DNA of 24,000 nt from Defluviitaleaceae bacterium. GTDB taxonomy: Bacteria; Bacillota_I; Bacilli_A; MOL361; Turicibacteraceae. The notes beneath the pieces are model-generated. The model saw only the letters and a list, made by a program, of their open reading frames with translations, ran no database searches and was not told the DNA's origin. Both the position numbers and the translations under genes were made by a program. Position 1 is the stretch's first letter. Every line of letters starts with the position of its first letter. Positions 16,553-23,922 of the stretch are shown here, one piece after another. The DNA is taken from the NCBI GenBank assembly GCA_009778135.1, contig WRKJ01000106.1, forward strand, positions 31,835-55,834. The letters are read 5' to 3'.

Positions 16553-16632
16553 ATAGATGAAGCACATGATCATTTGCTTGGCTCTATACTGTAGGAGACC
16601 CCCCCACTCCTACAGTATAGAGCTTTTATTTT
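16553..16632 (+). ncRNA. Candidate ~80-nt small RNA (or attenuated leader) ending in a terminator hairpin with a C-rich loop
   Basis: The predicted TSS is about 7 nt after the -10. A ~28-nt 5' segment is followed by the terminator listed below. The loop of that terminator is ACCCCCCCA. Confidence 0.35.
16581..16632 (+). terminator. Strong rho-independent terminator (also the only convincing terminator downstream of bioY-ecfA-ecfT)
   Basis: Perfect 17-bp stem GCTCTATACTGTAGGAG / CTCCTACAGTATAGAGC (16581-16597 / 16607-16623), a 9-nt loop ACCCCCCCA, then TTTTATTTT. Confidence 0.9.
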
Positions 16633-16687
16633 GTTTGAAATGGTCCAGTGTTTTTGTTGGTCGCCCCTCGTTTTTTTAATGAGAATA

Positions 16688-16696
16688 TGGTATAAT
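16688..16696 (+). promoter_or_regulatory. Extended -10 promoter element for ylxM-ffh
   Basis: TGgTATAAT at 16688-16696, about 45 nt upstream of the ylxM ATG. The -35 region is T-rich and poor. Confidence 0.5.
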
Positions 16697-16740
16697 GATC
16701 GCTGTAGATTTTTGGGTGAAGAATGGCAGGTGTTGCGTTC

Positions 16741-17055
16741 ATGTTAGAAAAGGTGACTCAGATCAATGAATTGTATGATGTGTATCAAGGGTTGTTGACA
16801 AAAAAGCAACAGGAATATATGGAGCTTTATTATCATGAAGATTGGTCACTATCTGAAATTGCAGATGAAGTAGGTGTGAGTCGCAATGCCGTTCATGATA
16901 ACATTCGTCGAACGGAAAAATTATTGGTTGGGTATGAAGAAAAATTGAAAATTTATGAAAAAGATAGCAAACGACGTCAGTTTTATGATAAAATAAAAGC
17001 ATGCACAGATGACGTTGCTGTTTTAGAGCTGGTTGCGCAATTAGAGGTCGTATAG
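16741..17055 (+). CDS. ylxM: YlxM/UPF0122 small HTH protein (putative SRP-associated)
   Basis: 104 aa. MLEKVTQINELYDVYQGLLTKKQQEYMELYY...LSEIADEVGVSRNAVHDNIRRTEKLL resembles Bacillus subtilis YlxM as I recall it, and the gene sits directly upstream of ffh. I prefer ATG 16741 over ATG 16723. Confidence 0.85.
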   Translation: MLEKVTQINELYDVYQGLLTKKQQEYMELYYHEDWSLSEIADEVGVSRNAVHDNIRRTEKLLVGYEEKLKIYEKDSKRRQFYDKIKACTDDVAVLELVAQLEVV

Positions 17056-17079
17056 GAAAGAAATTAAGGAGACAGGATC

Positions 17080-18510
17080 ATGGCGTTTGAAACATTATCA
17101 GATAAATTACAAAGTGCCTTAAATGGGATAACGAAAAAGGGGCGATTAACGGAAGCCGATGTTGATGTGATGCTTCGTGAAGTACGGTTGGCATTGCTCG
17201 AAGCCGATGTTAATATTAAAATCATTAAAGCATTTATTGCAGATGTGAAAGCACAAGCCATTGGCGATAAGGTGATGAAGAGTTTAACACCTTCACAACA
17301 AGTGGTCAAAATTGTCAATGAAGAATTAACAAAATTGATGGGCACTGAAGCAGTGGGCATTAATTTTAAAACGGCTGGCCCAACAGTTTTAATGATGGTT
17401 GGTTTGCAAGGTGCTGGAAAGACGACACAAACAGGTAAATTGGCTAATTTTTTACGTAAAAAAGAAAAAAAGAAACCATTATTGGTTGCTTGTGATGTGT
17501 ATCGACCAGCAGCAGTTGACCAGTTGAAGACGCTTGGGAAACAGTTAGACATGCCTGTTTTTGAAAAAGGTGTGTCTGAATCACCGGTTGCGATTGCAAA
17601 AGAAGCATTGGCTTATGCCACTGCTCATGATCATGATTTGGTTATTGTGGATACGGCGGGTCGTTTGCATATTGATGAAACATTGATGGATGAGCTGGCT
17701 CAAGTGAAGCAAGTGGTTCATCCAAGTGAGATTTTATTGGTCGTGGATGCCATGACAGGGCAAGATGCCGTTAATGTGGCTGATACGTTTCATCAGCAAT
17801 TGTCATTGACAGGGGTTATTTTGACGAAGCTTGATGGCGATACCCGTGGTGGTGCAGCTTTATCGATTCGTAAAATGACGAATGTGCCGATTAAATACAT
17901 CGGTTTAGGTGAAAAGTTAGATGCGTTAGAACGCTTCCATCCAGAACGCATGGCGTCTCGTATTCTTGGGATGGGCGATGTGATGTCTTTAATTGAGCGT
18001 GCACAGGATTCATTTGATGAAGAAGAAGACATGAAAATGGCTGAAAAAATGATGGCGGGTACGTTTGACTTTAACGACTTCTTACAACAGATGAAAATGA
18101 TGAAGCGCTTAGGTAAAATGGAAGACATTTTAAAAATGTTGCCTGGGGTTGGCGGCAAGTTAAAAGATGTGAATATCGACCCAAAACAGATGGCTCGTAC
18201 CGAAGCCATTGTTTATTCAATGACGGAAAAAGAGCGAAAAGAACCGAGCGTCATTAATCAAAGTCGTAAAGACCGGATTGCAAAAGGGGCAGGGGTTCAA
18301 GTAACGGAAGTTAATCAGCTGATCAAGCAGTTTTCAGAAATGAAAAAAATGATGAAAAAATTTTCGAACATGGATGAAAAGCAAATGGAACGTGCAGCAG
18401 CGGCCATGCAACGGGGTGGCGGTGGTGCCATGTTGCCGGGTGCGATGACGGGTGGAAACAGGGCAGCAAGGCGTGGCAAAGGAAAAGGGCGTGGTGGGTT
18501 TAAGTTTTAA
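17080..18510 (+). CDS. ffh: Signal recognition particle protein (SRP54 homolog)
   Basis: 476 aa. The NG domain has GLQGAGKTT, DTAGR and TKLDGD. The M domain is Met-rich (MKMAEKMMAGTFDFNDFLQQMKMMKRLG). The tail is Gly/Arg-rich. Confidence 0.95.
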   Translation: MAFETLSDKLQSALNGITKKGRLTEADVDVMLREVRLALLEADVNIKIIKAFIADVKAQAIGDKVMKSLTPSQQVVKIVNEELTKLMGTEAVGINFKTAGPTVLMMVGLQGAGKTTQTGKLANFLRKKEKKKPLLVACDVYRPAAVDQLKTLGKQLDMPVFEKGVSESPVAIAKEALAYATAHDHDLVIVDTAGRLHIDETLMDELAQVKQVVHPSEILLVVDAMTGQDAVNVADTFHQQLSLTGVILTKLDGDTRGGAALSIRKMTNVPIKYIGLGEKLDALERFHPERMASRILGMGDVMSLIERAQDSFDEEEDMKMAEKMMAGTFDFNDFLQQMKMMKRLGKMEDILKMLPGVGGKLKDVNIDPKQMARTEAIVYSMTEKERKEPSVINQSRKDRIAKGAGVQVTEVNQLIKQFSEMKKMMKKFSNMDEKQMERAAAAMQRGGGGAMLPGAMTGGNRAARRGKGKGRGGFKF

Positions 18511-18565
18511 GGTGAACAGCATCAAATGGGTCATGAATGAGCGGGGGTAGGAAAAAGGAGCGGAC

Positions 18566-20350
18566 ATGAAAAAGGAAGCATTTGAGCAACAAATACAAAC
18601 ATATGAAGCGCTGTTAAAGCAGCAGAAACATCGATTCAAACTGATTGGCTTTGTCAAACTAGCCCATATCTGTTTTGTCGGCTTTTTGATCTATGTCATT
18701 TTTGCAGGTGATGCTCGTACGATGACGCTGATGATCAGTGGTGTCATCGCTGCTGTTTTGGTTGTGTTTTGGCTGTATCATGAAAAGTTAAAAGCACGTA
18801 TCAAATATGGCGAAGGGATTGTTGCGATTAATCGGTGTCATCTCGAACGGATTTCGGGTCAGTGGTCGGGCTTTGCAGATGTGGGTTCTGAGTTTGTTAA
18901 TCAGGAACATCCTTATGGCAGTGATTTAGACATTGTTGGGAAGAAATCTCTTTTTCAATTGCTTAATACAACGCATACATGGCATGGGCGTCAACGATTT
19001 GCTGCCGATTTGTTAAACCCTGATTACACGGCAGATGAACTGATGATGCGTCAAGCCGCGATTAAAGAATTAAGTGAAGACCTTGTTTTTTCAAATGACA
19101 TCCAATATCAATTTTCACAAATTGGCGTTCATACAGCAGCAAAGTTTATCCCAACATGGCTTGCTGATCAAACGGTTTTGATGAAGCGTAAAAGCTTGAT
19201 CTTACTGGTTTTGTATGGACCGCTTATCCTTTTATTACTCGCAGCATTTACTTTTTTAACACGTTTAAGTGTCCTTTATCTCGCTGTTGCATTCTTGTTT
19301 GCTTGTCAACTCCTTGTCTGGGGAATTTCATCGTTTAAAACAGGGCAATACTTGGCACAGGTTTCTCGTTTATCAGATAATTTAGAGGCGTATACACCTG
19401 TCATTCATGCGTTACAGCATCGATCTTTCACGTCGGACAAATTGGTAATGATTCAGGCATCTCTTTCGGAATCTCAACATGGTGCAGCAGTTGGAATTAA
19501 AGAATTGGCACAGCTTGCAAAGCGGATCAACCTGCGGCGAAATGGGATGGCTTTTGTCATTTTAAACAGTCTGTTGCTATTTGATTGGGTCACTGCGATT
19601 CGTTTTGAAGCTTGGAAGAACAAATATGCATCACATGCGGCGTCTTGGTTTAGCAACTTGGGAGAATTTGAAAGCCTTTTGTCTTTCTCACATTTACCCA
19701 ATGTGATGACGTCAGCTTGTTTACCAACAGTTGTTGAAGAAAAAATGATGGTAGCCAAACAACTGGGACATCCGTTAATAACCAATGAAAAGCGTGTAAG
19801 CAATGATATGACATGTCAAAATCAGATTTTCATTATCTCAGGTTCAAACATGTCTGGTAAAACAACATTCATGCGCTCGGTTGGCGTTAATTTAATTCTT
19901 GCACGTGCAGGTAGTTTTGTGTGTGCCAAAGAGATGTCTTTTTTTCCATTACATGTGATGACGTCGATGCGCATTGCTGATGATTTAAACGCAGGTATTT
20001 CTACTTTCTATGGTGAACTCAAGCGCATAAAAGGCATCATTGATTTGGCAAAAAAGCAACCGAATCTACTCTTTTTAATTGATGAAATTTTTCGTGGAAC
20101 GAATTCGGTCGATCGTTTAATCGGTGCGAAAACCATTCTTGAAAAGCTCAATGCGTTAGGGGTGATGGGGATGATTACGACCCATGATTTAGAACTGTGT
20201 GACCTTGCAGCAACCCACATGCGTATTCAAAATTACAGTTTTTCAGAGACGTATACGGAACAAGGGATTCATTTTGATTACCAATTGAAATCGGGAAAAT
20301 CCCTCACAACAAATGCAACATATTTGATGAAAATGATGGATATGATTTAA
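18566..20350 (+). CDS. Membrane-embedded MutS-family (domain V only) ATPase of unknown function
   Basis: 594 aa. The C-terminal ~200 aa has MutS-type ABC ATPase motifs: Walker A GSNMSGKTTFMRSVG, STF motif GISTFYGELKRI, Walker B LLFLIDEIFRGTN, and TTHDLEL. The N-terminal ~400 aa carries at least 4 hydrophobic helices, including LAHICFVGFLIYVIFAG, LMISGVIAAVLVVFWLY, LILLVLYGPLILLLLAAFTFL and VLYLAVAFLFACQLLVWGI. There is no mismatch-binding GxFYE region and no Smr domain. RBS AAAGGAG lies upstream. No terminator lies in the 55 nt after ffh. Confidence 0.75.
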   Translation: MKKEAFEQQIQTYEALLKQQKHRFKLIGFVKLAHICFVGFLIYVIFAGDARTMTLMISGVIAAVLVVFWLYHEKLKARIKYGEGIVAINRCHLERISGQWSGFADVGSEFVNQEHPYGSDLDIVGKKSLFQLLNTTHTWHGRQRFAADLLNPDYTADELMMRQAAIKELSEDLVFSNDIQYQFSQIGVHTAAKFIPTWLADQTVLMKRKSLILLVLYGPLILLLLAAFTFLTRLSVLYLAVAFLFACQLLVWGISSFKTGQYLAQVSRLSDNLEAYTPVIHALQHRSFTSDKLVMIQASLSESQHGAAVGIKELAQLAKRINLRRNGMAFVILNSLLLFDWVTAIRFEAWKNKYASHAASWFSNLGEFESLLSFSHLPNVMTSACLPTVVEEKMMVAKQLGHPLITNEKRVSNDMTCQNQIFIISGSNMSGKTTFMRSVGVNLILARAGSFVCAKEMSFFPLHVMTSMRIADDLNAGISTFYGELKRIKGIIDLAKKQPNLLFLIDEIFRGTNSVDRLIGAKTILEKLNALGVMGMITTHDLELCDLAATHMRIQNYSFSETYTEQGIHFDYQLKSGKSLTTNATYLMKMMDMI

Positions 20351-20479
20351 ATGATATCACGACGACTTGAAAAGATGTGTGATAAGCATGTCTTTTTTTG
20401 CATCATGACTTTAAAAATACTTTCTTTATGCCGTCAACTCGGCTATAATAGGATAAGATCATTTGATGAGGTGATTGAG

Positions 20480-20809
20480 ATGACCAAAAAAGGACACATC
20501 AGAAAAAAAAGAAGGCGCGTGGTGAAAACACGCTTGTTTTCTCTACTTTTTACAATAGGTATTGTGATCACCCTTGGCTATTTCTTCTGGCAGACGAGGC
20601 GTCCGCACTTGCCTAATTTACACGGTTGGGCAGCTACAGAAGTGATGGCTTTTGGGGACCGACATCACATTAATGTCCAATTTGAGTTTGTTTATGCTGA
20701 GGATGTCGCCCCTACATTGGTTGTGAGCCAATCTCTTCCACCCAGAACGAGATTGGTAGCTGGCTTGAACCTGGTCATTGAAATATCAAAAGGAATTGAG
20801 GTCAGATAA
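20480..20809 (+). CDS. Small single-pass membrane protein with one extracellular PASTA-like domain
   Basis: 109 aa from ATG 20480 (RBS GAGGTGA). It has a basic N-terminus KKGHIRKKRRRVVK and a TM helix LFSLLFTIGIVITLGYFFW. The remainder is LPNLHGW..EVMAFG...VSQSLPPRTRLVAGLNLVIEISKG, which fits the PASTA pattern (vPdvvG...A...L....VisQsP.aGt.v..G..v.l.vS.G). The ORF-track start at 20351 has no RBS. A TATAAT box lies at 20444-20449. Confidence 0.6.
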   Translation: MTKKGHIRKKRRRVVKTRLFSLLFTIGIVITLGYFFWQTRRPHLPNLHGWAATEVMAFGDRHHINVQFEFVYAEDVAPTLVVSQSLPPRTRLVAGLNLVIEISKGIEVR

Positions 20810-22060
20810 ATGTTTAAAACAGAAGATGAAGTCATCCATTGGCTTTACAGATTCACGAATCAGAAAAGAGGAAGAAGCCTTGATCACCTTGAAGTCATCC
20901 TCAATCAGCTTGGGAATCCGCATCGACAGTTAAAGACGATTCATGTTGCAGGTACAAATGGAAAAGGATCTACTGTCTCTTATGCAAGGGAAGCTTTGAT
21001 GAAAGCTGGTTACAAAACAGCTACCTTCACGTCACCTTATATGACTTGTTTTGGAGAGCGCCTTTCTATTGACAACATGCCGATGCGAACAGATCAACTC
21101 GTTCATTATGCCAACTTGTTAACTGACCTATTGCCTGAATCAACTGATGCTTATACGTCTTTTGACTTGATCACGTTAATGTCATTTTTGTACTTTGTCG
21201 ATGAAAAAGTGGACATTGCCATTTATGAGACAGGCATTGGCGGTCGACTTGATTCAACCAATGTGATTACACCATTAGCAACAGGGATCACCAATGTTGG
21301 ACATGATCATGCAGATGTTTTAGGTGCGACACAGTTGGCGCGTGCAAAAGAAAAATTAGGCATTGTTAAAGAAACGGTGCCTTTGTTTACAACGGAAGAA
21401 GATCCGACTTTGCACGTTGAATTTAAAAAAGTTTGCCAAGAGAAGCGAGCAGACTTATGTTTCGCACTGGCAGATGCGAAATGGGTTGCGATGGAAAAAA
21501 CAGGTGTATCCTTTGATTGGGGGTCGTATCAAGGCATTCACATCAAGATGCATGGTGAACACCAATTTAAAAATGCAGTGCTTGCTGTTGCCATGTTGGC
21601 GTATTTAAGATCGACTTGTGGTTTTGATCGCATCGATCCGACAGCTGTGACAGATGCCAGTTGGCCAGGTCGTTTTGAACACATGCGATATGATCCACCT
21701 GTCATTCTTGATGGTGCACATAATTTAGAAGGAATTGAAGCTTTGATTAAAACGGTCGAAACGATTTATCCAACGCATAAAAAAAAGTTTCTTTTTAGTG
21801 CGATTGGAACGAAAGATGCTAAAAAAATGATTGCGTTGTTAGATGAAGTCGCTGATGAATTGATTTTTACGAAAGGGAGGCATGTGGACGCCATTGACCC
21901 GAAAACATTAGCGTCTTATTGCAATGGGTCTCGTTATCATGAAGATTATCAAGTCATGCTTCATCAAGAAATGACGCACTTGTTGTCTCATGAGGTGTTG
22001 ATTGTTTGCGGGTCGTTATATTTTATTTCCGATGTGCGAAGCTATTTACTTGAAAAATGA
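20810..22060 (+). CDS. folC: Folylpolyglutamate synthase / dihydrofolate synthase
   Basis: 416 aa Mur-ligase-family protein with HVAGTNGKGST (P-loop), ETGIGGRLDSTN, GHDH and ILDGAHN. The start ATG immediately follows the upstream TAA. Confidence 0.9.
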   Translation: MFKTEDEVIHWLYRFTNQKRGRSLDHLEVILNQLGNPHRQLKTIHVAGTNGKGSTVSYAREALMKAGYKTATFTSPYMTCFGERLSIDNMPMRTDQLVHYANLLTDLLPESTDAYTSFDLITLMSFLYFVDEKVDIAIYETGIGGRLDSTNVITPLATGITNVGHDHADVLGATQLARAKEKLGIVKETVPLFTTEEDPTLHVEFKKVCQEKRADLCFALADAKWVAMEKTGVSFDWGSYQGIHIKMHGEHQFKNAVLAVAMLAYLRSTCGFDRIDPTAVTDASWPGRFEHMRYDPPVILDGAHNLEGIEALIKTVETIYPTHKKKFLFSAIGTKDAKKMIALLDEVADELIFTKGRHVDAIDPKTLASYCNGSRYHEDYQVMLHQEMTHLLSHEVLIVCGSLYFISDVRSYLLEK

Positions 22061-22074
22061 AAGAGGTGCTTGAA

Positions 22075-22674
22075 ATGAAAAAAGTGATCCTTGCGACTCA
22101 AAATCTTGGTAAAATTCGTGAGTTTAAGCAGATCATGGCTCATTATCCTTTTGAAGTGATGTCACTTCTTGATTTAGCGGATGATGAAGCGATTGAAGAA
22201 ACAGGAACGACGTTTGAAGAAAATGCACTGATTAAAGCGCGTGCGATTGCCCTGAAATATAAAGTGACTGTCATCGCTGATGACTCTGGTTTAGAAATCG
22301 ATGCTTTAGACGGTGCACCAGGTGTTTATAGTGCGCGTTACGCGGGGAAGATGCGAAGTGATGATGCGAACATGGATAAAGTCTTAACAGAAATGGTGGA
22401 TGTTCCAAGGAAAGATCGGACTGCGCGCTTTGTTTGTGTGCTGGCGATGGTAGATGAACATGGAAAAGAAACAGTGCTTCGTGGGACATGTGAAGGAGAA
22501 ATTTGGGAGAAAAAATGTGGAAACAATGGTTTTGGCTATGATCCGATTTTTTATTTACCACCGTTTAAACAGACAATGGCACAGCTTTCAAACGTTCAAA
22601 AAAACAGGATAAGTCATCGTGCAGATGCATTGAGAAGACTTGAAAGGATCATGGGCATGGGTGATGATGAATGA
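22075..22674 (+). CDS. rdgB: Non-canonical purine NTP pyrophosphatase (ITPase, RdgB/Ham1 family)
   Basis: Motifs are KVILATQNLGKIREF, DDSGLEIDALDGAPGVYSARY, FGYDPIF and SHRADAL. The start is either ATG 22075 (RBS AGAGGTG) or ATG 22057 (ATGA overlap with the folC stop). Confidence 0.88.
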   Translation: MKKVILATQNLGKIREFKQIMAHYPFEVMSLLDLADDEAIEETGTTFEENALIKARAIALKYKVTVIADDSGLEIDALDGAPGVYSARYAGKMRSDDANMDKVLTEMVDVPRKDRTARFVCVLAMVDEHGKETVLRGTCEGEIWEKKCGNNGFGYDPIFYLPPFKQTMAQLSNVQKNRISHRADALRRLERIMGMGDDE

Positions 22675-23336
22675 AAAAATACTTAGAAAAAGTATGGCAT
22701 GTGAATAAAAATGCGAGTAGAAAAGAAATAGCGCTTGAACGACTGTCCAAGCAAAAAGAAACGTTTTTAGCTTTTGATGAGAAAGTGGAAGTGATCATTG
22801 TCAGTGACAACCATGGTGAAAAAGGCGGTTTGCAAAAAGTACTCAAGCAGCATCCGAATGCGACGCACTATTTTCATTGTGGTGATTCTAATTTGGCACC
22901 TGATTTACCGATGATGGCGCCCTTTGTAGCAGTTAAAGGGAATACGGATTATGATCAAAATTATTTGGAGCAGGAATGGAGGGAACTAGCATCGGGTGAT
23001 CAACTTTGGATGACGCACGGCCATCGTTATGACGTGCGAAGCGGAACGCAAACATTGGTTTGGAACGTCGGTCGTGAACGTCCAAAGACACCGACACATG
23101 TGATCCTTTACGGACACACGCACATCGTAGATGTGAAACAAGAAAGCGGTGTACTCATTATTAATCCTGGGAGTATTTGGTTGCCAAGAGGTGGTAGTCT
23201 AATTCGAACTTATGCTAAACTGCAAATAACACCTGAGCAATACGATGTTCAAATCATTGATATCAATGATCACAGTGTTGTTAAGGAATTTCAATTTCCA
23301 CGAGAATGGCACCCTGTTGATCAAGTCCTAAAATAA
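22671..23336 (+). CDS. YsnB/YfcE-type metallophosphoesterase
   Basis: Calcineurin-like motifs are present in order: VSDNHG, HCGDS, KGNTD, THGH and GHTH. The rdgB-then-phosphoesterase order matches B. subtilis ysnA-ysnB. ATG 22671 (ATGA overlap with the rdgB stop) gives a ~38-aa N-terminal extension before the first motif. GTG 22785 is an alternative start. Confidence 0.8.
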   Translation: MKKYLEKVWHVNKNASRKEIALERLSKQKETFLAFDEKVEVIIVSDNHGEKGGLQKVLKQHPNATHYFHCGDSNLAPDLPMMAPFVAVKGNTDYDQNYLEQEWRELASGDQLWMTHGHRYDVRSGTQTLVWNVGRERPKTPTHVILYGHTHIVDVKQESGVLIINPGSIWLPRGGSLIRTYAKLQITPEQYDVQIIDINDHSVVKEFQFPREWHPVDQVLK

Positions 23337-23796
23337 GCACATCTTCTCCTGTTAAATCAGTAGACGCCACCATGAAAGCGGTCGTGTCAGTGCGCGTCGT
23401 TTCTTTCCCATGTGCGCCATGTGCAATTTGAGAACCCGATTCGATGACGATCATGTGGTGGAGTTTGGGATGTGTGCTAAGGAGGACATGTGTTGTAAAC
23501 GGAACATGGTGATCAGCAGGTAAACTGATCAAAGAAATGCTTTCATGGGCAGTGGGTTGTCCATAAGCAGTGCCGACCTGAGAAAACCCGTTAATGTTCC
23601 TATTTAAAAAAGAGAGCGTGAAGTCATCATAAGCATTAAATGTGATCACAAGATGACCACGTGTCGTTTGATGTTCAAACAAAAGATCATTGGCATCAAA
23701 AACGGGTACTGCAATTGAAGCATGAATCCATGAAGAAATGAAGAGGGTGATGCCAGTGGTAAAGGCTAAAAATAAGGTTAATAGATGTTCTTTCAT
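23281..23796 (-). CDS. His-rich secreted or membrane-anchored protein of unknown function
   Basis: 171 aa from ATG at 23796 (minus strand), with AGGAGG 6 nt upstream. The ORF-track start at 23877 has no RBS. The N-terminal hydrophobic signal or anchor is MKEHLLTLFLAFTTGITLFISSWIHASIA. About 12 His residues follow it, including HH pairs (ADHHVPF, KLHHMIV, AHGAHG). The 3' end overlaps the convergent phosphoesterase gene by 56 nt. Confidence 0.55.
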   Translation of the reverse strand: MKEHLLTLFLAFTTGITLFISSWIHASIAVPVFDANDLLFEHQTTRGHLVITFNAYDDFTLSFLNRNINGFSQVGTAYGQPTAHESISLISLPADHHVPFTTHVLLSTHPKLHHMIVIESGSQIAHGAHGKETTRTDTTAFMVASTDLTGEDVLILGLDQQGAILVEIEIP

Positions 23797-23922
23797 GAGA
23801 GACCTCCTAAAAAGTAGACAGTCAGATGGCGTAACTCTCTTTAATGTATGCTTTTGACTTCTAAAATAGGTCTTCATCTGTTGTCATTTAAACATAAAAT
23901 TTTGTAAATAAGGTGAGTAAAG

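Noticed and set aside
16553-16632. The idea that the short RNA next to ffh is the SRP (4.5S/scRNA) RNA.
   Set aside because: It has no SRP domain IV signature, meaning no GGAA/GNAR tetraloop hairpin with the conserved symmetric and asymmetric loops. The only structure is a plain perfect hairpin with a poly-C loop.
16557-16679. A 40-codon ORF (MKHMIICLALYCRRPPHSYSIELLF...) starting 4 nt after the predicted TSS. It was considered as a leaderless peptide or leader peptide.
   Set aside because: It has no RBS. The ORF runs straight through the 17-bp terminator hairpin and past the U-tract, so a terminated transcript would lack a stop codon. The sequence is most simply the by-product of the hairpin.
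17064-17552. A 162-aa ORF on the minus strand, plus similar antisense ORFs at 5162-5682, 8399-8632, 8617-8916, 15385-15690, 17793-18209, 18334-18657, 19474-19803 and 22271-22561.
   Set aside because: All lie entirely or largely antisense to strongly supported conserved genes (ffh, fabK, fabG, ecfA, the MutS-like gene, rdgB). They lack RBSs and have low-complexity, Cys/Ser/Pro-rich translations typical of shadow ORFs.
20503-20510. An A8 homopolymer in the 5' end of the PASTA-protein gene, considered as a slipped-strand phase-variation tract.
   Set aside because: Eight residues is short for a contingency locus. It simply encodes the Lys-rich cytoplasmic stub (RKKRRR context). Similar A-runs occur in ffh (17459-17475) without implication.
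23881-23910. A possible tmk promoter (TTGTCA-N17-GTAAAT/TAAATA).
   Set aside because: Both hexamers are degenerate and the -10 register is ambiguous. It is not strong enough to list as a feature.
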